Source: Propionibacterium ruminifibrarum
GTDB lineage: Bacteria > Actinomycetota > Actinomycetes > Propionibacteriales > Propionibacteriaceae
Reading direction: 5' to 3'
Length of the DNA stretch: 32,000 nucleotides
NCBI RefSeq assembly: GCF_900289195.1
Contig: NZ_OMOH01000005.1
Span: forward strand, 210,001 to 242,000
In this document: in pieces, positions 25,965 through 32,000 of the stretch
Numbering within the stretch: position 1 is the first letter of the stretch
Layout of the letters: every line of letters starts with the position of its first letter
Translations under genes and position numbers: made by a program
The notes under the pieces: generated by a model
Told to the model about the DNA's origin: nothing
What the model saw: only the letters and a program-made list of their open reading frames with translations
Databases searched by the model: none

Positions 25965-26924
25965 TCACACGGCGCTGGGTGCCGGGCGGCCGGCGAGCAC
26001 CGCCAGCACGTTCTCGACGGCGAGATCGCCCATCGCCGTGCGGGTCTCGATGGTCGCCGAACCCAGGTGGGGCAGCAGGACGACGTTCTCCAGGCCCAAC
26101 AGCGCCGGATGGACCTGTGGTTCGTTCTCGTAGACGTCCAGGCCGGCGCCTCCCAGGTGGCCGCTGGCCAGGGCCGCGGCGAGCGCCTCCTCGTCGATGC
26201 AGGCGCCGCGAGCCGTGTTGATGACATAGCTGCCGGGCCGCATGGCCGCGATGCGCTCGGCGTTGAGGATGTGACGGGTCTCCTCGGTGAGTGGGCAGTG
26301 CAGGCTGATGACGTCGCAGCCGGCGACGAGCTCGTCGAGCGGCATGCCGGTGGCCGCCAGTTCGCCGGCCGCGGGCTCGCGCATGGGGTGCTCGTCCGCG
26401 TAGGCGATGGTCATGCCGAAGGCCTTGCAGCGGCGGGCCATGGCGGTGCCTATCTGGCCCGCCCCGATCAGGCCGATGGTCTTCCCCTCGATCGAGTGGC
26501 CGAGCATGAAGGTGGTGCGGTAGCGCCAGGGCCGCCCGGCGCGGATGAGGCGTTCCCCCTCGCCGAGTCGGCGGGTGACCATCAGGAGCAGGCCGAAGGC
26601 GATGTCGGCGGTGGCGTCGAAGAGCACACCAGGGGTGTTCGTCACGACGACACCGCGGGCCCGGCAGGCGGCCAGGTCGATGTTGTTGTACCCGGCGGCC
26701 ACGTTGGCGACGATCCTCAGCTGGGGGCCGGCCGCATCGAGGAATTCCTCGTCGACCCCGTCGGACAACACGGTCAGCACGGCGTCGGCACCGGCGACCA
26801 GGTCGAGCAGTTCACTGCGGCCCGGGGGCAGGTCGCCGTCCCAGACCGCGACCTCGTGCCCAGCCGCGCGCAGCGTGGTGACGGCGGCCTCGGGGATCGC
26901 GTCGGTGATGCAGATTCGCGCCAT
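25965..26924 (-). CDS. D-isomer-specific 2-hydroxyacid dehydrogenase (glyoxylate/hydroxypyruvate reductase-like), 319 aa
   Basis: ATG at 26922-26924 (MARICITD...) with GGGGG upstream; alternative ATG at 26936. NAD motif GLIGAGQIGTAMARR and the catalytic R/E/H layout (NTARG...DE..L; LPHLGSAT). Confidence 0.85.
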   Translation of the reverse strand: MARICITDAIPEAAVTTLRAAGHEVAVWDGDLPPGRSELLDLVAGADAVLTVLSDGVDEEFLDAAGPQLRIVANVAAGYNNIDLAACRARGVVVTNTPGVLFDATADIAFGLLLMVTRRLGEGERLIRAGRPWRYRTTFMLGHSIEGKTIGLIGAGQIGTAMARRCKAFGMTIAYADEHPMREPAAGELAATGMPLDELVAGCDVISLHCPLTEETRHILNAERIAAMRPGSYVINTARGACIDEEALAAALASGHLGGAGLDVYENEPQVHPALLGLENVVLLPHLGSATIETRTAMGDLAVENVLAVLAGRPAPSAV

Positions 26925-27147
26925 TGGAGCCCCCATCGGTGGTTGGTCCTGCCGGCATGCTACTAGAGGTCCCAGGGGCGAGAAAATGAGGTTAGGCTCA
27001 TCCTCACGGCGCCAGAAAACGTTCCGAGAGGGCTGCTCACCGCTGATTTTCGCGGCCCGGGAATCACCCGCGGGCACGGTAGAGTTGGCGGCGACGACCG
27101 CCGGTGTGGCGGCGTCCTCATCATTGTTGACCGTTTCAGGAGCCGTC

Positions 27148-27465
27148 ATGACTTACGTCATCTCCTTGCCCTGCGTGGACGTCAAGGACAAGGCCTGCGT
27201 CGAGGAGTGCCCCGTGGACTGCATCTACGAGGGTGACCGCACGCTGTACATCAACCCTGAGGAATGCGTCGACTGCGGTGCGTGCGAGCCGGTGTGTCCC
27301 ACCGAGGCGATCTACTACGAGGATGACCTGCCCGACGACATGACCGAGTGGCTCGACATCAACGCGAACTTCTTCGCCGAACTCGGCTCCCCCGGAGGCG
27401 CCGCGCGCCTCGGCAAGCAGGATTTCGACGAACCGACGGTGGCCGCGCTGCCGCCCCAGGCCTGA
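27148..27465 (+). CDS. fdxA: 7Fe ferredoxin ([3Fe-4S][4Fe-4S]), 105 aa
   Basis: MTYVISLPCVDVKDKACVEECPVDCIYEG......I.P.ECVDCGACEPVCPTEAIYYEDD is the classical actinobacterial FdxA/FdxC cysteine pattern. AGGAG SD upstream. Confidence 0.93.
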   Translation: MTYVISLPCVDVKDKACVEECPVDCIYEGDRTLYINPEECVDCGACEPVCPTEAIYYEDDLPDDMTEWLDINANFFAELGSPGGAARLGKQDFDEPTVAALPPQA

Positions 27466-28556
27466 TGAGCCTCTCGCAGACGCTGCCCGCATTCCCGTGG
27501 GACTCGTTGGCCAAGGCGAAGGCCTTGGCCAACTCCCATGAGGGGGGCATCGTCGACGTGTCCGTCGGCACGCCAGTCGACCCGACGCCGCGGATCGTCC
27601 GGGAGGCCCTCGAGTCCGCGTCACAGGCCCCCGGGTATCCCACGGTGTGGGGCACACCGTCGCTGCGCGCGGCCATCATCTCCTACTTCCAGGACCGCTG
27701 GTCCAGCACCGCGCTGGATGAGCACAACGTGACGACCGCCGTCGGCACGAAGGAGTTCGTCGCCTGGCTGCCCACGCTCCTGGCCTTCGGCCCCGGCGAC
27801 ACGGTCGTCCTGCCCCGGGTCGCGTACCCCACCTACGAGGTGGGGGCTCTCATGGCCGGTGCCGCGGTCCAGCGCTGCGACGATCCGGACCAGGTCGAGG
27901 GCTCCCCGCGACTCATCTGGGTCAACTCCCCGGCCAACCCGCACGGCGCCATCGCCTCGCTCGACCTGCTGCGCCGGTGGGTCCGGTTCGCCCGGGAGCA
28001 CGACGCGGTCCTGGCGGCCGACGAGTGCTACGCCGAGTTCGCCTACGACGCACCCGCCCACTCGGTGCTCAGCCCTGCGGTGAACGACGGTGACATCACG
28101 GGGCTGCTCGCGGTGCACTCGCTGTCGAAACGCTCCAACATGGCCGGCTACCGGGCGGGTTTCGTCGGCGGCGACGCCGCCCTCGTCGACGAGCTCACCG
28201 CCGTGCGCAAGCACCTGGGCATGATGGTCCCCTCTCCCGTCCAAGCGGCCATGGTGGCGGCTCTCGGCGATCAGCGGCACGTCGATGAGCAGCGAGCCCG
28301 CTATGCCGCCCGCCGCGCCAGGATGCGTGCCGCGCTCGAGCAGGCGGGCTTCCGCATCGACCACTCGGAGGGCTCGCTCTACCTGTGGGCCACCCAGGAC
28401 CGGCCCGGCCGGGAGAGCATCGACTGGCTGGCCGAACGCGGCATCCTGGCCGCACCCGGGGATTTCTACGGGCCCCACGCCACCGACCACGTGCGCATCT
28501 CGATGACCGCGACCGACGAGCGTATCGCCGCCGCGGTGGAGCGCCTGACCCGCTGA
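27465..28556 (+). CDS. dapC: N-succinyldiaminopimelate aminotransferase (363 aa)
   Basis: The ATG overlaps the fdxA TGA (TGATG). LPAFPWDSL, VD.S.GTPVDP.P, NSPANP.G and the PLP lysine block SLSKRSNMAGYRAGF are present. fdx-dapC adjacency is conserved in mycobacteria and corynebacteria. Confidence 0.85.
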   Translation: MSLSQTLPAFPWDSLAKAKALANSHEGGIVDVSVGTPVDPTPRIVREALESASQAPGYPTVWGTPSLRAAIISYFQDRWSSTALDEHNVTTAVGTKEFVAWLPTLLAFGPGDTVVLPRVAYPTYEVGALMAGAAVQRCDDPDQVEGSPRLIWVNSPANPHGAIASLDLLRRWVRFAREHDAVLAADECYAEFAYDAPAHSVLSPAVNDGDITGLLAVHSLSKRSNMAGYRAGFVGGDAALVDELTAVRKHLGMMVPSPVQAAMVAALGDQRHVDEQRARYAARRARMRAALEQAGFRIDHSEGSLYLWATQDRPGRESIDWLAERGILAAPGDFYGPHATDHVRISMTATDERIAAAVERLTR

Positions 28557-28661
28557 CCGCCCGTCCCGGTGGGTCCCTCCGCCGCGTGTCGTGTCCCCGG
28601 CGCGGCGTGCCGGCCGCCTTCTCCAGCCGCCTGGGCACGGCCGGCCGGGGGTGTTCGCGGC

Positions 28662-29495
28662 TCAGGTGCGCAGCGTGGCGACGACCTGCGTCGCATCGGA
28701 TGCGGTGTCGCCCTGCCAGCCGGCCCGTTCGGTGCTGCTGTTCGTCCACGTGGCCTGCCCCGCCTGAAGGCCCGTCAGGCCGGCGGCCGAGCCGCGGCAC
28801 ATGAGGAGCTGGGCGAGACTCCAGCCCTGGCGGGAGTCGGGCGCCGTGAAGGTGAGCGTGGTGCCCTCCCTGGCGGCGCCGACCGCAGAGCCCCAGACGG
28901 TGTCGACGAACTCCATGAGCGAGTCCGCGTCGGTGCCGGCCTCGGCGCGGTCGACGAGGGTGACGGCGGCCTCGTCATAGCCGTACAGGGCACTGGCCCA
29001 GATGCGGCCGGCGTCCTCGTGCTGGGCGTAGCCATCGGGCACACCGGAGCGCTGCACGCTCTGGGCCACGTCGTTGATGTCGCCGCTGTCCCAGCCCTCG
29101 ACCTGCACGAGGGCGTCGTAGAAGGCTCCGGAGGAGTACCACGGATCCATGATCTGCTCCTCGGAGCCCCAGCCCTGGCTGGCGCGCTGCTGGAACAGGC
29201 CCAGCGAGTCCCGGTCGCCGTAGTCGATGTTGTAGAGCCTCGATTCCTGGAGCGCCGTGGCGAGGGCGATCGTGGCGGCCCGGGCCCTGAGACCCCGGCG
29301 GATCGCCTCACCGACGATGATCGCCGCGTTGGCGGCCTGGTCGAGGTCGAGCAGATCGGTGAGCCCACCGGCGCTCGCCTGGGCCCCCTGTTCCGGCAGG
29401 ATCGTCTCGGAGCCTCCGGAACAGGCCGCCAGCGTCAACCCGAGCGCCCCGGCACCGAGACCGGCGAACAGCCCCCGGCGGGTCAGGGTCGTCAT
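28662..29495 (-). CDS. Conserved actinobacterial Tat/lipoprotein of unknown function with SLT-like motifs (277 aa)
   Basis: ATG at 29493-29495 inside ORF 28662..30113. The signal MTTLTRRGLFAGLGAGALGLTLAAC has a twin-Arg motif and the lipobox LAAC. The block ATALQESRLYNIDYGDRDSLGLFQQRASQGWG is conserved. It starts 5 nt after the dapD stop. Confidence 0.7.
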   Translation of the reverse strand: MTTLTRRGLFAGLGAGALGLTLAACSGGSETILPEQGAQASAGGLTDLLDLDQAANAAIIVGEAIRRGLRARAATIALATALQESRLYNIDYGDRDSLGLFQQRASQGWGSEEQIMDPWYSSGAFYDALVQVEGWDSGDINDVAQSVQRSGVPDGYAQHEDAGRIWASALYGYDEAAVTLVDRAEAGTDADSLMEFVDTVWGSAVGAAREGTTLTFTAPDSRQGWSLAQLLMCRGSAAGLTGLQAGQATWTNSSTERAGWQGDTASDATQVVATLRT

Positions 29496-29500
29496 CGACG

Positions 29501-30427
29501 TCAGTTCTCGTGGAGGGCCGCGTTGAGCTCGATCTGCTGCCCGGCGCGGGCGACGACGCGCACCGCGCCGGAGACCGAGTCGCGGATGAACAGCATGTTG
29601 GAGCCGCCGGACAGTTCGCGGGCCTTGACCTGCGTCCCGTCGGGCATCGACACCTTGGTGCCGGCGGTGATGTACAGGCCGGCCTCGATGACGCAGTTGT
29701 CGCCCAGCGCGATGCCGCACCCGGACTCGGCGCCCAGCAGGCACCCCTTGCCGATACGCACCCGTTCGGTGCCGCCCCCCGACAGCGTGCCCATCGTCGA
29801 GGCGCCGCCCCCGATGTCCGAACCGGCGTCGACGACGACGCCCTGCGAGATACGCCCCTCGATCATCGAGTCGCCCAGGGTGCCGGCGTTGAAGTTCACG
29901 AAACCCTCGTGCATGACCGTGGTGCCCTCGGCCAGGTGGGCGCCCAACCGGATGCGGTCGGCGTCGCCGATACGCACCCCCGAGGGGATGACGTAGTCGA
30001 CCATGCGCGGGAACTTGTCGACGCTCGTGACGACCAGTGAGCCGCGATCGGCCAGCAGGGCACGGCGGATCTGGTCGAAGTCCGTCGGCGAGCAGGGGCC
30101 GGCACTGGTCCACACCACGTTCGGCAGGACCGCGAAGATGCCGTCGAGGTTGATGCTGTTGGGAACGGCCAGACGGCTGCTCAGCAGGTGCAGACGCAGA
30201 TAGGCGTCACTCACGTCGGCCGGTGCAGCGTCGAGGTCGATGACGCAGCGACGTACCCGGCAGCTCACGTGGCGCAGCTCGTCGCGGGTCTCGACGAGGT
30301 GATCCGGGGCCGGTTCGTCGGAGGGTTCGCCGAGGGCGGGCGAGGGGAACCAGGTGTCGAGCGTCTGGCCGGAGTCGTGCACGGTGGCCAGACCCCAGCC
30401 CCAGGCGGTACGAGTTGCGTCAGTCAT
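29501..30427 (-). CDS. dapD: 2,3,4,5-tetrahydropyridine-2,6-dicarboxylate N-succinyltransferase, actinobacterial type (308 aa)
   Basis: ATG at 30425-30427 ([16 protein letters not shown]...). Left-handed beta-helix hexapeptide repeats ([57 protein letters not shown]). Divergent from dapE, as in Mycobacterium tuberculosis Rv1201c/Rv1202. Confidence 0.88.
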   Translation of the reverse strand: MTDATRTAWGWGLATVHDSGQTLDTWFPSPALGEPSDEPAPDHLVETRDELRHVSCRVRRCVIDLDAAPADVSDAYLRLHLLSSRLAVPNSINLDGIFAVLPNVVWTSAGPCSPTDFDQIRRALLADRGSLVVTSVDKFPRMVDYVIPSGVRIGDADRIRLGAHLAEGTTVMHEGFVNFNAGTLGDSMIEGRISQGVVVDAGSDIGGGASTMGTLSGGGTERVRIGKGCLLGAESGCGIALGDNCVIEAGLYITAGTKVSMPDGTQVKARELSGGSNMLFIRDSVSGAVRVVARAGQQIELNAALHEN

Positions 30428-30555
30428 GGCGACAAGACTACTGGTGGGCGGCGCGATACCCCGGCATGACAGGTGGCCCGGGTGATGTGAGGATTGAGCG
30501 GCCCGGCCGGGATTCGGCGCCGCCGTGATGATCACCGGGCGCATCGGGGGCGATC

Positions 30556-31677
30556 ATGGCTAGGCTTCAGCTCATGACCGCGTACAAGGAGGAGCTCGCC
30601 CTCACTGACCTTCATGCCCTGTTCCGCCAGATCGTCGACGTCGAATCCGTCAGCGGCCGGGAGCACCACCTGGCCGATCTGGTCGAGCAGGCCCTGAGCG
30701 GCTGCCCGCACCTCGAGGTGCTGCGCCAGGGAAACACCATCGTGGCCCGCACCGACCTGGGCCGCAGTCAGCGCGTCATCATCGCCGGACACCTCGACAC
30801 CGTTCCGGTGGCCGGTAACCTGCCCAGCCGCCTGGAGGAGCGCGACGGGCGGGCATTCCTCGTCGGACGCGGCACCGCCGACATGAAGGGTGGTGTCGCC
30901 GTGGCCCTGCACCTGGCGCACGCCCTCACGACCCCGGTGCACGATGTCACCTGGGTCTTCTACGAGTGCGAGGAGATCGAGGCCACGGCGAATGGTCTGG
31001 GCCGAGTCGCCCAGACCCACCCGGACTGGCTCGCCGGGGACTTCGCCGTCCTCATGGAACCAACCGGCGCCCGTATCGAGGGCGGCTGCCAGGGCACCAC
31101 CCGGTTCAGGCTGACCACCCACGGCACCGCCGCCCACTCGGCCCGAAGCTGGCTCGGCCACAACGCCATTCACGAGCTCACCGATCTGCTGGAGACCATC
31201 CGTGCATACCCGGTGCGCGAGGCCGTCGAGGTCGAGGGCCTCGTCTTCAGGGAGGGCCTGAACGCCACGATCGTCAGCGGAGGCGTCGCCGGCAATGTCA
31301 TCCCCGACACCGCCGAGCTGTACGTCAACTACCGCTTCGCGCCCGACCTGGCGGCCGACGACGCCATAGCGGCCATGCGCCGGGCCTTCGAACGTCCCGG
31401 CGTCGACTTCGAGGTGCTCGACCTGTCGCCCGGGGCACGCCCGGGCCTCGACCGCCCAGCGGCTCGGGAGTTCTGCGCGGCCGTCGGCGGCGAGCCCCGA
31501 CCCAAGTACGGCTGGACCGATGTGGCCCGTTTCTCGGCCCTCGGCGTGCCGGCCGTCAACTACGGCCCGGCCGACGCCGGCAAGGCCCACGCCGACGATG
31601 AGTGCTGCCCGCTCGACGACCTCGACGCCACGAGGGACGCCCTCATCACCTGGCTCACCCCCGAGGAGCGCTCATGA
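30556..31677 (+). CDS. dapE: Succinyl-diaminopimelate desuccinylase (M20 family), 373 aa
   Basis: VDVESVSG.E, GHLDTVP, GRGTADMKGG, E.EE and the C-terminal H..DE block. Alternative ATG at 30574. Confidence 0.9.
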   Translation: MARLQLMTAYKEELALTDLHALFRQIVDVESVSGREHHLADLVEQALSGCPHLEVLRQGNTIVARTDLGRSQRVIIAGHLDTVPVAGNLPSRLEERDGRAFLVGRGTADMKGGVAVALHLAHALTTPVHDVTWVFYECEEIEATANGLGRVAQTHPDWLAGDFAVLMEPTGARIEGGCQGTTRFRLTTHGTAAHSARSWLGHNAIHELTDLLETIRAYPVREAVEVEGLVFREGLNATIVSGGVAGNVIPDTAELYVNYRFAPDLAADDAIAAMRRAFERPGVDFEVLDLSPGARPGLDRPAAREFCAAVGGEPRPKYGWTDVARFSALGVPAVNYGPADAGKAHADDECCPLDDLDATRDALITWLTPEERS

Positions 31678-32000
31678 CAAACCAGCCCCACCCGTCGTCC
31701 CCGCAGATGACGTCCGGCCCAGTCATCCGCCGCGGTGGCCAGGCCATGGGACCCACCACCGACCAGCGCCTGCTCGACACCCGGCATGGCCAGAAGAACG
31801 ACGATCCCTGGCGGGTGCTGCGCATCCAGGCCGAGTTCGTCGAGGGTTTCGGTGCGCTCGACGAACTCGGCCCGGCCGTCTCGATGTTCGGTTCGGCCCG
31901 CGCCGGCGAGGACACCCCCGAGTACGCGCAGGCGGAGTACATGGCCAGGGAGCTCGTGAGCAGGGGGCTGGCCGTCATCACGGGCGGCGGTCCCGGCATC
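31674..32000 (+). CDS. LOG / TIGR00730 family Rossmann-fold nucleotide-binding protein (lysine-decarboxylase-like; Rv1205-type), N-terminal 109 codons, runs off the window
   Basis: The ATG at 31674 overlaps the dapE stop (ATGA). Translation is MTNQPHPSS...DPWRVLRIQAEFVEGFGALDELGPAVSMFGSARAGEDTPEYAQAEYMARELVSRGLAVITGGGPGI, with the typical blocks FGSAR and ITGGGPGIM. Absent from the ORF track because no stop is reached. Confidence 0.8.
   Translation, partial: MTNQPHPSSPQMTSGPVIRRGGQAMGPTTDQRLLDTRHGQKNDDPWRVLRIQAEFVEGFGALDELGPAVSMFGSARAGEDTPEYAQAEYMARELVSRGLAVITGGGPGI

Overview
High-GC (roughly 70% by eye) actinobacterial chromosomal segment. The exact taxon cannot be determined here; the aspartate/fumarate genes and the dap synteny fit a Propionibacteriales/Corynebacteriales-type core genome. 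About 34 tightly packed protein genes. I found no rRNA, tRNA, CRISPR, IS, integrase or phage genes. Left to right: an ABC exporter (one ATPase plus two ABC-2 permeases) followed by a truncated CPBP/Abi protease remnant; a SAM methyltransferase; divergent YceI and DUF1304 genes; a Tat-secreted clan GH-A glycosidase; an orphan beta-class DNA methyltransferase; two tandem TSUP (TauE/SafE) paralogs; a two-domain PTH2-like protein; an SPFH/band-7 plus ribbon-helix-helix operon; cysK; a DegT-like PLP protein; an M20D amidohydrolase; a Gpt-like phosphoribosyltransferase; a PAT-type GNAT; transketolase; an MFS transporter; an aspA-dcuA-aspartate racemase operon with a divergent GntR regulator and adjacent fumC; a 2-hydroxyacid dehydrogenase; and the conserved actinobacterial block fdxA-dapC / lipoprotein-dapD / dapE / LOG. 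Several strong GC-rich hairpins lacking U-tracts sit at gene ends, including a perfect 48-nt palindrome. This is mostly housekeeping DNA, and I see no convincing novel multi-gene defence or mobile system. The most unusual items are the tandem PTH2-like protein, the SPFH-RHH operon with a perfect AT-rich operator-like inverted repeat, the racemase-containing aspartate operon, the SLT-motif lipoprotein coupled to dapD, the orphan methyltransferase and the ABC/CPBP remnant.
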